Shown: one piece after another, positions 8,384-17,529 of the stretch
How positions within the stretch are numbered: the stretch's first letter is position 1
Layout of the letters: every line of letters begins with the position of its first letter
Virus record (IMG/VR): IMGVR_UViG_3300005841_000939
Strand: one strand, 5' to 3'
DNA: 64,000 nt
From: a virus
Taxonomy: Duplodnaviria > Caudoviricetes
Notes under the pieces: generated by a model
What the model was told of the DNA's origin: nothing
What the model saw: the letters and a program-made list of their open reading frames with translations, nothing else
Databases searched by the model: none
Program-made: the position numbers and the translations under genes

Positions 8384-8735
8384 AATTTAATAATTTATAA
8401 TTGTGATTTTTTAAGATTGAATATCGTGATCGTAAACCTATATTTGGTTTTATGTCTTCTTTCTTAAAAAAATTAATAATTAAATTTTGCCAGGACTCTT
8501 TGATAGTGTTTAATGCATATTCTGATTTAAAATTATTTCTATTTTCTTTATTTAATTCAATTTCATAAACAGAATTATTGAAATTAATTGGCACATATGG
8601 AGCATAAACATAACCAACATCCCAAGTATCATCAAACCTTTTTGTATATTTTAAAACATCATCTTTTAAAATATTTAATATTTCATCTTCTATTTCTTTT
8701 TTATATTTTTCAACAAGCTCATCAATATTTTTCAT
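8376..8735 (-). CDS. Mini-protein with T4 gp23-like major-capsid C-terminal motifs interrupted by a KxxR module
   Basis: EIEDEILNIL / DVGYVYAPYVPI / KPNIGLRSRYSI flank KENRNNF...TIKESW. Confidence 0.65.
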   Translation of the reverse strand: MKNIDELVEKYKKEIEDEILNILKDDVLKYTKRFDDTWDVGYVYAPYVPINFNNSVYEIELNKENRNNFKSEYALNTIKESWQNLIINFFKKEDIKPNIGLRSRYSILKNHNYKLLNFV

Positions 8736-9117
8736 TCCACCATTTTACAGGAATTTTGTTTATTTCGTTAATAAACTTTGGAGAATTCTTAAAAGTTTTG
8801 CTAATAAGATCAATATCACTCTGAACATATCTAACAAAGTGATCATATCTAAAATTATAAGTTGTAATAGGCCCAATAATCGTATCTTTTTTACCTTCTG
8901 ACCATAAACCAAAAATGTCCCATTCAATTTGTTTTGCTACCTGCATATGTTCGCTAGTCGTTTTACGATTGTATTTAATCCGTGTTGTATATTTTGCATT
9001 GCAAACATCTGCCATAACAAGTTCTTTAATATCCATCCAATAATCTACATCAAAATCGTTTTTTGAATACCTACCAATTTTTCTTCTATGTTGTAAAGTT
9101 ATAAGCGCCATTGTCAT
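8722..9117 (-). CDS. KxxR-array protein (two motif copies)
   Basis: KIGRYS and KYNRKT. Confidence 0.75.
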   Translation of the reverse strand: MTMALITLQHRRKIGRYSKNDFDVDYWMDIKELVMADVCNAKYTTRIKYNRKTTSEHMQVAKQIEWDIFGLWSEGKKDTIIGPITTYNFRYDHFVRYVQSDIDLISKTFKNSPKFINEINKIPVKWWNEKY

Positions 9118-9337
9118 ATCCTAAAAGCCATAGTTCATTGATTCTAGTATCATTTTCAACAATTGCCACAATTTGTTCTCCATTCATATCAGGATCAATA
9201 AACTCACGTTTAACATACATTAGATCCTCTAAAAATAAATGTCCGTTATAAACTGGCTTATACCTATGATTTTTAAACATGAATGTTTCTGATGGAGAAA
9301 AATCAGGAACACCAACATATTTTATGCTCAATGTCAT
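9086..9337 (-). CDS. KxxR-array protein
   Basis: KNHRY...ENDTRI. Confidence 0.75.
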   Translation of the reverse strand: MTLSIKYVGVPDFSPSETFMFKNHRYKPVYNGHLFLEDLMYVKREFIDPDMNGEQIVAIVENDTRINELWLLGYDNGAYNFTT

Positions 9338-9349
9338 ATGTTACCTATT

Positions 9350-9589
9350 TTATACATGCCAATATCTTTCATCAATTAAATCATTAAATAAACCGTACAA
9401 TCTTCTTTCATTATCATACATATCACAGAAGAGTTTACAATCCTCCAGGCCCCTTGAAATAAGAAATTTATTATTATGGTATGCCAATGTATCAATATCA
9501 TGAATACATTTAATTATTAATTGATAATCATGTCTTCCAATTTTTTCAGTCACGATGATTCCCCCATTGATCAAATAAGGCATTCTCAA
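9350..9589 (-). CDS. KxxR-array protein
   Basis: KIGRHDY...DNERRL. Confidence 0.75.
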   Translation of the reverse strand: MRMPYLINGGIIVTEKIGRHDYQLIIKCIHDIDTLAYHNNKFLISRGLEDCKLFCDMYDNERRLYGLFNDLIDERYWHV

Positions 9590-9782
9590 TTCTTGAAATA
9601 ATATTATATGGATATGGATGTGGATTAATACCTTTTTCTATTAAGAAAAAATTTCTCAATTCACGAAAATATGGTCCGTGAATGAAACGATCAATACGAT
9701 CTCCTCTATACTCTTTTGATTTAATGATAGTTCTTAAAGAGATATGAATATTTTTAGTTCTATTACCATATTGAATATTCAT
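9546..9782 (-). CDS. KxxR-array protein
   Basis: KEYRGD...IISRI. Confidence 0.7.
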   Translation of the reverse strand: MNIQYGNRTKNIHISLRTIIKSKEYRGDRIDRFIHGPYFRELRNFFLIEKGINPHPYPYNIISRIENALFDQWGNHRD

Positions 9783-9784
9783 GT

Positions 9785-9976
9785 TTAATCACGTTTAGAG
9801 AACTTTTCTACAACCTTTATTTCAAACACTCTATTTTCATAATTTCTAATAGAACGTCCTTTGATAAGAGAGTCAAAAATAGGGTGTATATTTAGGAATT
9901 CTTCTCTCAATTTACATAAATCTAGACTGAAATTGACGTTTGTGGCTAATTTATGATGTCTTGATTCTTTTTTCAT
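9785..9976 (-). CDS. KxxR-array protein
   Basis: MKKESRHH...NYENRV. Confidence 0.75.
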   Translation of the reverse strand: MKKESRHHKLATNVNFSLDLCKLREEFLNIHPIFDSLIKGRSIRNYENRVFEIKVVEKFSKRD

Positions 9977-10293
9977 CCTGAATCCCCTAGGAGAACATAA
10001 CAGTCTTCGCCCTTCATTTCTCTTATATCTATACCGTAAAATTTAATAAGTCTTAAACGACTTGTTTCCTTATATTCAAAAAACTCAATAGAATCTAGTT
10101 TTCTTATTAAAAATAATTTGACACCAATATCAATCATGACAATGCATTCTTCTCTAATATAAGGACGACTTAGACGGTTCAATTTATCGTTCATAATTAA
10201 TATGCAAAGATGTTGTATGATACATTTATTATCTTCTAAACCTATAAAAATCATACATGCGTTTATCATGTGCATGAATATATTCAGCAACAT
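9973..10293 (-). CDS. KxxR-array protein (true start probably downstream of annotated one)
   Basis: KLNRLS...KETSRL. Confidence 0.65.
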   Translation of the reverse strand: MLLNIFMHMINACMIFIGLEDNKCIIQHLCILIMNDKLNRLSRPYIREECIVMIDIGVKLFLIRKLDSIEFFEYKETSRLRLIKFYGIDIREMKGEDCYVLLGDSG

Positions 10294-10414
10294 GAATTGA
10301 TAAATTTTTATTATTTATCATTAAAAATCCAATTTTTAAATCTGAATAGACATGAAGTGAAAAATATATTGTTTCTCTTGATACATTCAGTGAATTTCTA
10401 TTAATTTTATTCAT
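10229..10414 (-). CDS. KxxR-array protein
   Basis: MNKINRNS...AHDKRM. Confidence 0.75.
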   Translation of the reverse strand: MNKINRNSLNVSRETIYFSLHVYSDLKIGFLMINNKNLSIHVAEYIHAHDKRMYDFYRFRR

Positions 10415-10925
10415 TTTTACTTCTAAACCATTGATAATCTAGGTCATAATTTGTATTAGTTGGTCCGTAAAGATCAACTGATGGTACTTCCCCCTCGTTA
10501 AATGGTTTTGTCCAAATTGGCCAAATAAATCTTTCTATATGCTCCATGTGGATTCTATCAACAAGATGCGCTGAATGCCAAACGTACTTGTCAATAAACC
10601 TCATTCTTATATCCGACCAAGTTGATGCACTAAAATAGTCAACTCTTCTAGGATTATCTGAATGTCTATCTGAAAAAGTAAACCAATAAGGTCTAATATC
10701 AAAATCGTTGTAATGTATATTGTCTATCCAGGAAGCATTATCTCTATTCTCTAATATGAATTCAATATGATGATGTCTTTTATTTCTAAAACTTTCTGAA
10801 ATAAATGTATCATAACCTATAAAAGGTTTAATACAATTCCTTAATTCATTCTCATCAATGTCTAATGTAGGTATTCCATTAATTCGGATTATACTTTCTA
10901 TTTCGTTGATCTTGTCATAAACCAT
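10407..10925 (-). CDS. Hypothetical protein in KxxR array (motif weak)
   Basis: 172-aa ORF coupled to neighbours; RNKRHH and WSDIRMRF...HMEHI resemble the family helices. Confidence 0.7.
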   Translation of the reverse strand: MVYDKINEIESIIRINGIPTLDIDENELRNCIKPFIGYDTFISESFRNKRHHHIEFILENRDNASWIDNIHYNDFDIRPYWFTFSDRHSDNPRRVDYFSASTWSDIRMRFIDKYVWHSAHLVDRIHMEHIERFIWPIWTKPFNEGEVPSVDLYGPTNTNYDLDYQWFRSKNE

Positions 10926-10983
10926 TAGGATACAATTTTACTAAGTTGATTATATTTTGAAAGAGTATTCATGTTGGTTCTAT

Positions 10984-11142
10984 TCACAACAAATAAGGAG
11001 CATGCCATCCATCAAGATGCCTAAATTCATATGAACTTTTAGAAACGTAAAGCTCATTTAGATAAGAACTTCGGCATTGGCGCCAATCACTACTAAAAGA
11101 TCCTCTAGTTTCTGTTGTATATCTGTCTATTTTAAAAAACAT
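10984..11142 (-). CDS. KxxR-array mini-protein, 52 aa
   Basis: Hand translation MFFKIDRYTTETRGSFSSDWRQCRSSYL... Confidence 0.6.
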   Translation of the reverse strand: MFFKIDRYTTETRGSFSSDWRQCRSSYLNELYVSKSSYEFRHLDGWHAPYLL

Positions 11143-11362
11143 ATTCTTTATTAGCTAATAAGTTATTATATTTGTGTACGAATGGTCCATATCTTATATC
11201 AATAACATCTATGTCCGCATATGTTATGTGATTTATTTCCTTTCCAGGATTCTCAATACTAAAAATAAAAAGTGTACGAATAATTCTCAATCCTGAACTA
11301 ATTACAATTGCATACTCATATTCTTTATATTGCCTAGTATCTTTTTTAATTTTTTTAATCAT
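11132..11362 (-). CDS. KxxR-array protein
   Basis: KDTRQY. Confidence 0.75.
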   Translation of the reverse strand: MIKKIKKDTRQYKEYEYAIVISSGLRIIRTLFIFSIENPGKEINHITYADIDVIDIRYGPFVHKYNNLLANKEYVF

Positions 11363-11561
11363 TTATTGTCTTGAAACCATCTTTTTCTAGGATCCGTATT
11401 ATTCTATCTTCACTATATCGTATGTTTGTTGGGCAATCAAGTTTTATCTCTTCTTGAGGTATTTTTAAAAATGTTTCTTTCAAATGACAATAATCAAAAG
11501 AAAACCAGGAGCGCATTTCTGTGAGAGAGGTATATCTATCAACCTTCTCATCATACATCAT
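11355..11561 (-). CDS. KxxR-array protein
   Basis: KVDRYT...LKETFL...YSEDRI. Confidence 0.75.
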   Translation of the reverse strand: MMYDEKVDRYTSLTEMRSWFSFDYCHLKETFLKIPQEEIKLDCPTNIRYSEDRIIRILEKDGFKTIND

Positions 11562-11832
11562 AAGATGATTTTATGGTTTTGATATTATAATCAAGGTATA
11601 TTTGTTTTGACCTATAATCAAAATCATCAAATAGATTTATAGGTATTTTTAGTTCAGTGCTCAAAAATCGTATACGTTCTTTAATAAACAAAAAGTCTAA
11701 TGATCGTATTTCTATGTCTTCTATATCTCTTGAATTTCCATCTTTGATAAATTGTTTTTTGATAATTTTCATATTTTCAAATATAAGAATATCTTTTGAG
11801 AAAATTACTTTTGAAAATCTATCTAATTTCAT
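11551..11832 (-). CDS. KxxR-array protein
   Basis: MKLDRFS...IKKQF...IKERI. Confidence 0.75.
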   Translation of the reverse strand: MKLDRFSKVIFSKDILIFENMKIIKKQFIKDGNSRDIEDIEIRSLDFLFIKERIRFLSTELKIPINLFDDFDYRSKQIYLDYNIKTIKSSYDV

Positions 11833-12047
11833 ACTAAAAGACTTTCAAAAAACTTTTCCATGTATCCATTAGATTTGTTGTGGAGATTAAAGAAGTTTAT
11901 TAAAAAATTGATTCTCAAAATTCTAAATTCACCTAATTCACCTAGAGGATCAATAATTATAGAAGAATACGCAGGATTCTTTTCCATACTCCAGATAATA
12001 TAACTATGACGTGTAATTTTCATTATTTTAAAAATGTCCTCATCCAT
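11829..12047 (-). CDS. KxxR-array protein
   Basis: MKITRHSY. Confidence 0.75.
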   Translation of the reverse strand: MDEDIFKIMKITRHSYIIWSMEKNPAYSSIIIDPLGELGEFRILRINFLINFFNLHNKSNGYMEKFFESLLV

Positions 12048-12238
12048 TTTGCCATAGGAATCATGTTTATATATTGCTGCATTTGATTATTAGTTTTGGG
12101 ATAAAGTGGGTAACGATTTACACAAAATGATGAGCGAACTATAAACCATTCATCCTGAGTACTAAAAGATCCCACTGAAACAAACTTTATAAATCCATCA
12201 GATAGTTTATGTTTGTTTAGTCTAGTTATTTTTTTCAA
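12023..12238 (-). CDS. KxxR-array protein
   Basis: KITRLN. Confidence 0.7.
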   Translation of the reverse strand: MKKITRLNKHKLSDGFIKFVSVGSFSTQDEWFIVRSSFCVNRYPLYPKTNNQMQQYINMIPMAKWMRTFLK

Positions 12239-12411
12239 TTTTTATCTCTTAAATTAAAACCAGAGCATTCAATTCTGAGAATGAGCTGTCTATCTCTTTC
12301 AGTGTATAATCTCAGAAAATTACATTTTATATCACGCATCACCCAAGCCAATGAATTGTTCATAAAACGACAACTATAACCCTGAAAGTTATAACGATTA
12401 ATAATTTTCAT
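12235..12411 (-). CDS. KxxR-array mini-protein, 58 aa
   Basis: Hand translation MKIINRYNFQGYSCRF...RDIKCNFL... Confidence 0.65.
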   Translation of the reverse strand: MKIINRYNFQGYSCRFMNNSLAWVMRDIKCNFLRLYTERDRQLILRIECSGFNLRDKN

Positions 12412-12661
12412 TTTTACCCAACACTTTGAATTTATGCTTCATTTCTAGTTCAAATAGAACTACATCAGGGAAATTATCATATGGATAACGTTCTGAAAAT
12501 TCTCTTAAAAAATATGTTCTACGCTCATATCCATGAATTGATACATCTTCAGACGAATATAATTTTATTTTAAAAAAATTAATCTTTATTTTGTATAAAG
12601 GCTCTGATAGTTCCCTAAAAATATCTAGTAGAGGTAAAATATTATGACGATTAATTTTCAT
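12398..12661 (-). CDS. KxxR-array protein
   Basis: MKINRHN...IKINFF...YERRT. Confidence 0.75.
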   Translation of the reverse strand: MKINRHNILPLLDIFRELSEPLYKIKINFFKIKLYSSEDVSIHGYERRTYFLREFSERYPYDNFPDVVLFELEMKHKFKVLGKNENY

Positions 12662-12845
12662 GGATTAATGTATCCTCATACCACAAAGTTATTATTTTAA
12701 TTTCATAGTTAACAAGCTCAGTTCTATATCCAATAAATTTTTTACTAAACAAAAAATCGCTTTTTATTGAGATATAAACTTCAGAGGCATCATCATAATA
12801 AATTTTTGATGTCATCGTTTCATAATCATACCGATCAGTCTTCAT
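12651..12845 (-). CDS. KxxR-array protein
   Basis: MKTDRYDY...IKSDFL...NYEIKI. Confidence 0.75.
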   Translation of the reverse strand: MKTDRYDYETMTSKIYYDDASEVYISIKSDFLFSKKFIGYRTELVNYEIKIITLWYEDTLIHEN

Positions 12846-13047
12846 TAACTAATTCTATGATTCTTCTATCTTTAACTAAAAAATCACGATTTAATTCTGA
12901 ATATCTTTTTCTATTAAAAGTCCTATTCATAATATAACATACCCTTATATCTGATATGGTATGAGTATGATGATTTATAAACCACATAGTGTTTAAATAA
13001 TTTAGATTTTCTAAATCTTGCCTAGTTATTTTTTTATGTATTACCAT
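12835..13047 (-). CDS. KxxR-array protein
   Basis: KITRQD...KDRRI. Confidence 0.75.
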   Translation of the reverse strand: MVIHKKITRQDLENLNYLNTMWFINHHTHTISDIRVCYIMNRTFNRKRYSELNRDFLVKDRRIIELVNED

Positions 13048-13333
13048 AGAAGGAAAACTGTATCATTTTCAGTTAAGGTATGTCCAATGTCTTCCAATAG
13101 CAAGTTTACAATACGTTCCTCATATTTCAATAGGATTCTTTTACCTTCATCTTCATCTGTTCCATAATGCGCCAACAAATAATCATTTCCGTAAGGATCA
13201 ACATCCCACTCATAAAAATATTTTTTATTTAATTTACGTGATGAAAATATTACTTTGATAATAACCCATAGTTCTACGTCAAAGGTATTTTTATATAGCT
13301 TACTATGATGCCTATTTGTTTTTTGTTTATCAT
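13041..13333 (-). pseudogene. Frameshifted KxxR-array member
   Basis: ATG at 13333 overlaps the upstream TGA but is out of frame with a ~95-codon open frame (KTNRHHS...KYEERIV); one extra A in the A6 run at 13319-13324 would join them. Confidence 0.6.
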
Positions 13334-13548
13334 ATAAGTTTTAACAAAGATACATCTACTTCAATTTGATTTTTTCTTGAAATTCTACGTCCCTCAACCA
13401 ATATTGAATCAATTTTCTGATGATTCAATTCCTCCTCCATAGATATATTATATTTAATAATTCTCAAAGCAGAAAGAAACGTGACTAAATTCTCCATGTT
13501 AAATGTTTTATCAGTGTTTCTATTTATTTTATAAGGACTTGCAAACAT
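13330..13548 (-). CDS. KxxR-array protein
   Basis: KINRNT...VEGRRI. Confidence 0.75.
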   Translation of the reverse strand: MFASPYKINRNTDKTFNMENLVTFLSALRIIKYNISMEEELNHQKIDSILVEGRRISRKNQIEVDVSLLKLI

Positions 13549-13772
13549 TATGCATTATCTTTAAGCATTAATTGTATTCTTCTATCGTTTTCTAATATTT
13601 CATATTTTATTTTTATATAAAAATCTGAGGAATCTAATGCCATACGCTTTTTATCAATCTTAGTGACTTTATATATGAAATCAATCCTCTTAAAAATCCA
13701 AAAAGGTTCATATTTTTGAGTTAAATATGTGTTCCTATTTATTTTATCAACAATATTGCCAGTAGGTTTCAT
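13548..13772 (-). CDS. KxxR-array protein
   Basis: KINRNTY...ENDRRI. Confidence 0.8.
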   Translation of the reverse strand: MKPTGNIVDKINRNTYLTQKYEPFWIFKRIDFIYKVTKIDKKRMALDSSDFYIKIKYEILENDRRIQLMLKDNA

Positions 13773-14005
13773 CAGTAGCCTAAGTAATAATATTTTCTTA
13801 TAATGCTAGGTTTTTCAAGTTCTTTTAATTCAAACGTTCGCTGTTCAATGATGTCTAAATTTTCAAAAGAGGTCTTAGTCCATTTAAGTTTTATCTGAAC
13901 AAGCCATTTGGCATATCGCACTTTTCTTCTATGTGACATTCCATAGTTTTGTCTATGTAATCTGGTATCAACCTCATAAAGTGGCTTCATAAATTTTCTT
14001 CGCAA
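13772..14005 (-). CDS. KxxR-array protein
   Basis: RLHRQNY...IEQRT. Confidence 0.7.
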   Translation of the reverse strand: MRRKFMKPLYEVDTRLHRQNYGMSHRRKVRYAKWLVQIKLKWTKTSFENLDIIEQRTFELKELEKPSIIRKYYYLGY

Positions 14006-14306
14006 TTAAACTTTTTAGGGCAAAATCATTGCGATTTATATTGTAAATGTAATCTGAAAATTTAATAGCTTGTTCCTTGTTGCTTATTATAGTAATGTCA
14101 CAGTGAGGATCAAGTATCCTCAGTTTTAAATGTGTCCAGTCTTCTTGAAAATCCCTTATATCATAGAGAAATTTGTTATATCTAGTTTGAGGCCAAAAAT
14201 AACGCATACCTTGTACCATTTTAACAGAATAAGCTTCAAAAGGATAATAAATGCAAATCCTAACACTTTCGCACCAGTGTTCTAAAGTAAGTTCATCACT
14301 ATACAT
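13974..14306 (-). CDS. KxxR-array protein
   Basis: PQTRYN and NINRND. Confidence 0.7.
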   Translation of the reverse strand: MYSDELTLEHWCESVRICIYYPFEAYSVKMVQGMRYFWPQTRYNKFLYDIRDFQEDWTHLKLRILDPHCDITIISNKEQAIKFSDYIYNINRNDFALKSLIAKKIYEATL

Positions 14307-14619
14307 CTAAACTCTCAACGATGAATCTTATGGATATTTCTTTTATGCGAATTGCATAATTGAGAAAATCATTGTAATCATTTTCATCTTTAATTTTTAT
14401 TGGTTCTATTACATCATCTAATTTTATTTGTAAAATAGTTATGTCTTTTAAATTAAAATATTCTTTAAATTTGTAAAGTTTTAATGCATTGAGATATTCA
14501 GCATAATCTCCACTATCATAGTTTTGATGATTTGAATGTCTTGTAAATTTATCTACTATTGGATGATATGAATTAACCATTATAAAACTCCCTATAACGC
14601 ATTTTTTCCAATACATCAT
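14299..14619 (-). CDS. KxxR-array protein
   Basis: KFTRHS...NYAIRI. Confidence 0.7.
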   Translation of the reverse strand: MMYWKKCVIGSFIMVNSYHPIVDKFTRHSNHQNYDSGDYAEYLNALKLYKFKEYFNLKDITILQIKLDDVIEPIKIKDENDYNDFLNYAIRIKEISIRFIVESLDV

Positions 14620-14833
14620 TTATGATTATTTCAGAAATATAATCATTGTAATTTTCTATATCAACTCCTTTGCTAGAAAAATATGGCAACTTTATTTCTG
14701 CTATGAGAAAATTATGAAAATTATTACCAAAATCAAATTTTAGAAACTTTATTTTTAAAGTCACATAGTCATATAAGATGTCAATCCCAGCATCATCCCC
14801 TTTTGTCTGACGATATATTTTATTCATAAACAT
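14573..14833 (-). CDS. KxxR-array protein
   Basis: KIYRQT...LKIKFL. Confidence 0.75.
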   Translation of the reverse strand: MFMNKIYRQTKGDDAGIDILYDYVTLKIKFLKFDFGNNFHNFLIAEIKLPYFSSKGVDIENYNDYISEIIINDVLEKMRYREFYNG

Positions 14834-15008
14834 CTATAGCATAATTTTCATAATTAGGATATTTTTCAATAACGAAATCATACCCTCTATATTCAATATT
14901 AAATATTGGATCAATTGGTTTTATACATAGAAAAGCACATTTATGAAATATCCATTTATGTAAATTCATATATTTAAGTTTTTTGTAACTGTTTCTGGTT
15001 TCTTTCAT
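14820..15008 (-). CDS. KxxR-array protein
   Basis: MKETRNSY. Confidence 0.75.
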   Translation of the reverse strand: MKETRNSYKKLKYMNLHKWIFHKCAFLCIKPIDPIFNIEYRGYDFVIEKYPNYENYAIDVYE

Positions 15009-15232
15009 ATGTAAAGACGATGTTTTCCAGTTCTACGCAAATAATGAACATTCAATGCATATAGTGCTTTACTATGCCAACTTCTATCGTAATGAGTTAA
15101 ATAGACGAAATATTCCTCCATTATTAAAGAGAATTGTTCATGAAATTTTTTAGCTTTAAGTACATTGAAATCGTCTCTTACTTCAACTGCACTATATACA
15201 GGAATATGGTTTTGACGGTCTATTTTTTCCAT
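15005..15232 (-). CDS. KxxR-array protein
   Basis: KIDRQN. Confidence 0.75.
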   Translation of the reverse strand: MEKIDRQNHIPVYSAVEVRDDFNVLKAKKFHEQFSLIMEEYFVYLTHYDRSWHSKALYALNVHYLRRTGKHRLYI

Positions 15233-15510
15233 AGGTAGACCTTATTTCGTATATAGGATCTTTTCCTTTTGTTTCTTTTTATTCTTTTATCATTTATCCT
15301 ATTATTATAAAATATATTTGCAACTCTAATGTCACCTGAATCACATTTATTTAAATAATAAACACAATCTTCAAGGTTTATTTTATAATCCTTGTAAAAT
15401 AACTTTGCTTTTATCCGATTAAAGCTAATTTTAATATAATCTAGGGGATAATCTATACGACTATACCTATTAACTTTTTTATTGAGGCTTTTATTTATGT
15501 TAAGCATCAA
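15220..15510 (-). CDS. KxxR-array protein
   Basis: KVNRYS...INDKRI. Confidence 0.75.
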   Translation of the reverse strand: MMLNINKSLNKKVNRYSRIDYPLDYIKISFNRIKAKLFYKDYKINLEDCVYYLNKCDSGDIRVANIFYNNRINDKRIKRNKRKRSYIRNKVYLWKK

Positions 15511-15539
15511 TACGGTATTTTATTGATGCATATAAAAAA

Positions 15540-15773
15540 TCAATCAATAACACTATGTGGAATTGATAATAGTGTTTTAGGGTCATCAATTGATATAAGA
15601 AATAAATAAAGTTTAGTCTCAGGATCATACACTCCTTGAGGATTTTTTGTAAACGAGATGAACGAATATTTATTACTTGACCAATGCTGGCTAAAAAATC
15701 TATATGATTTTAATTCGTTAATGCATGTTAATCTATTAATTTTCATATTTTTTTGTAAATTCAATGACACCAA
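15540..15773 (-). CDS. KxxR-array protein
   Basis: MKINRLT. Confidence 0.7.
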   Translation of the reverse strand: MVSLNLQKNMKINRLTCINELKSYRFFSQHWSSNKYSFISFTKNPQGVYDPETKLYLFLISIDDPKTLLSIPHSVID

Positions 15774-16059
15774 CTAAATTTAAATGCCATGTATAAGAAT
15801 TCATACCATGCACGTATGTATTTTCTTTCTCTGGAATAAATCTGTAAATCATTTCTTGTGTTGAACTATCATTTATGTTACTTATGTAATGTTTACAATC
15901 TGTATAGTAATTATATAACAAGAAGGCTGCACAATTATCTGCCCACTCAAAAGAATCTAATCCATAACTATTTGAATATTTTCCATTTTTATGCCATACC
16001 ATAACTAATGCATAATCTTGTCTATCTATTTTTCTATCATCATATGTTATTGGATTCAT
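15736..16059 (-). CDS. KxxR-array protein
   Basis: KIDRQDY. Confidence 0.75.
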   Translation of the reverse strand: MNPITYDDRKIDRQDYALVMVWHKNGKYSNSYGLDSFEWADNCAAFLLYNYYTDCKHYISNINDSSTQEMIYRFIPEKENTYVHGMNSYTWHLNLVGVIEFTKKYEN

Positions 16060-16412
16060 TTGAAATTATAAACTCCCTCAATATATTCTGTTGGGTCAAA
16101 TTCACTGAAATCCCAACCAGTTATTTCATCATGTTCATTTCTATATATAATTGCATATGTTTGCGGAAAAGAGAGCGTAACTTTCATATCTTCTGCAGGC
16201 AACATAAGTTTCCTATCAAATAACCAACGAATTCTATAAAAAGCCCATCCTTTCCAATAATGAGCTATATTCCAATCCCACATGAAAAAATACATCTTTT
16301 TAAGAGATGATGGATCATATTGACGATTGAATTTAATATCTATAAACTCATGTGAAAATATTTCACCTGGTAAAAGATTATCCTCATAAAATGACAGCGG
16401 CATATTTGCCAT
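16056..16412 (-). CDS. KxxR-array protein
   Basis: KFNRQY. Confidence 0.75.
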   Translation of the reverse strand: MANMPLSFYEDNLLPGEIFSHEFIDIKFNRQYDPSSLKKMYFFMWDWNIAHYWKGWAFYRIRWLFDRKLMLPAEDMKVTLSFPQTYAIIYRNEHDEITGWDFSEFDPTEYIEGVYNFK

Positions 16413-16702
16413 TACGTGTAATCCTCATAAGATAAACAATTATAGAGAGGTTGAGCAATTATATCTTTAAATCGTGAATGATGATCCAATAACTTTTCAT
16501 CCATCAAGAACGTTAATTTATAAAATTGCAGGTCTCTAAATGACTCTTTCCACTTTACATTATTATTTTGATTGTGTCTAGTAATTTTTGCATACAGGTC
16601 TTCAAACTCCATAACCGTATAAAGATTATGTCCTGAAATACCACTTTTATCAGGAATCAAGTCAAAACGTAAATTCCTGATTCTTATTTTTGCCGCAGCC
16701 AT
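16412..16702 (-). CDS. KxxR-array protein
   Basis: KITRHN. Confidence 0.75.
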   Translation of the reverse strand: MAAAKIRIRNLRFDLIPDKSGISGHNLYTVMEFEDLYAKITRHNQNNNVKWKESFRDLQFYKLTFLMDEKLLDHHSRFKDIIAQPLYNCLSYEDYT

Positions 16703-16911
16703 TCTATTTTATCCCTTGGATCATTTATGCCTAGTAGAGAGATTAATTCAGATTTAGATAATTCATTATTCCAAATTCTATTTCTATGTTGTTCTATAAA
16801 ATTGGCAACCAATATGCTTCGCCAACCATTGAGAATTTCATATCTAGGATTATCTAATGCGGTATAATTATACCTATCCTCATAATCATGCCTTGTCTTT
16901 AAAATACTCAT
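16684..16911 (-). CDS. KxxR-array protein
   Basis: LKTRHDY. Confidence 0.75.
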   Translation of the reverse strand: MSILKTRHDYEDRYNYTALDNPRYEILNGWRSILVANFIEQHRNRIWNNELSKSELISLLGINDPRDKIEWLRQK

Positions 16912-16929
16912 AAGTTTCGCAAATTAATC

Positions 16930-17130
16930 TTATAATTTTGTTTTGTTAGTTTTAAACTTTCTTTCCTCTACAACCTTCCACAATCCAGTTTCTAAATTAA
17001 TGTGAATTTCAAAAATTCTATTTGGGAATTTTTTGTTTAAAAAGTTTTTAGAACAAAATCCAAAATAATCCTCAGAACAAGCTGTTGTATCAGGATAATT
17101 ATATCTATGAATTTTATCTTGAATGCACAT
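16930..17130 (-). CDS. KxxR-array protein
   Basis: KIHRYNY. Confidence 0.7.
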   Translation of the reverse strand: MCIQDKIHRYNYPDTTACSEDYFGFCSKNFLNKKFPNRIFEIHINLETGLWKVVEERKFKTNKTKL

Positions 17131-17305
17131 AATTTTTCTTCAAAACATTAAACAATGAAAATCTGTAATCAGATGACATATTTAAACTTTTTTTATATCT
17201 TGTGTCTTTTTTATTTATCAATTCATCATAATTTAATTTATCTGCATTAGTTTTCATCATATATAACTGAAAATCAATATTTTCTTCAAAAAAATCTTGA
17301 TTCAT
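17114..17305 (-). CDS. KxxR-array protein
   Basis: KDTRYK. Confidence 0.7.
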   Translation of the reverse strand: MNQDFFEENIDFQLYMMKTNADKLNYDELINKKDTRYKKSLNMSSDYRFSLFNVLKKNYVHSR

Positions 17306-17529
17306 AATGGTATCTCAAATAAATTATATCTAAAAATAGTTGTTGGTATTGAACTTATAAATCTTTCTCTTAAACTTCTCCATGTAATATCAAGTCTATC
17401 ATATGGTTGATCGTTATTGATAGGGCGGATTGATCCCAGACGATGCATAATTAATTCAGAAGGATATGTAATTGACCATTCAGGTGTTTGCCTCCAATGT
17501 TTATATGTTTCACGACTAACTTTTTTCAT
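17302..17529 (-). CDS. KxxR-array protein
   Basis: KVSRETY; ITWRSLRERF like the 390 ORF. Confidence 0.75.
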   Translation of the reverse strand: MKKVSRETYKHWRQTPEWSITYPSELIMHRLGSIRPINNDQPYDRLDITWRSLRERFISSIPTTIFRYNLFEIPL

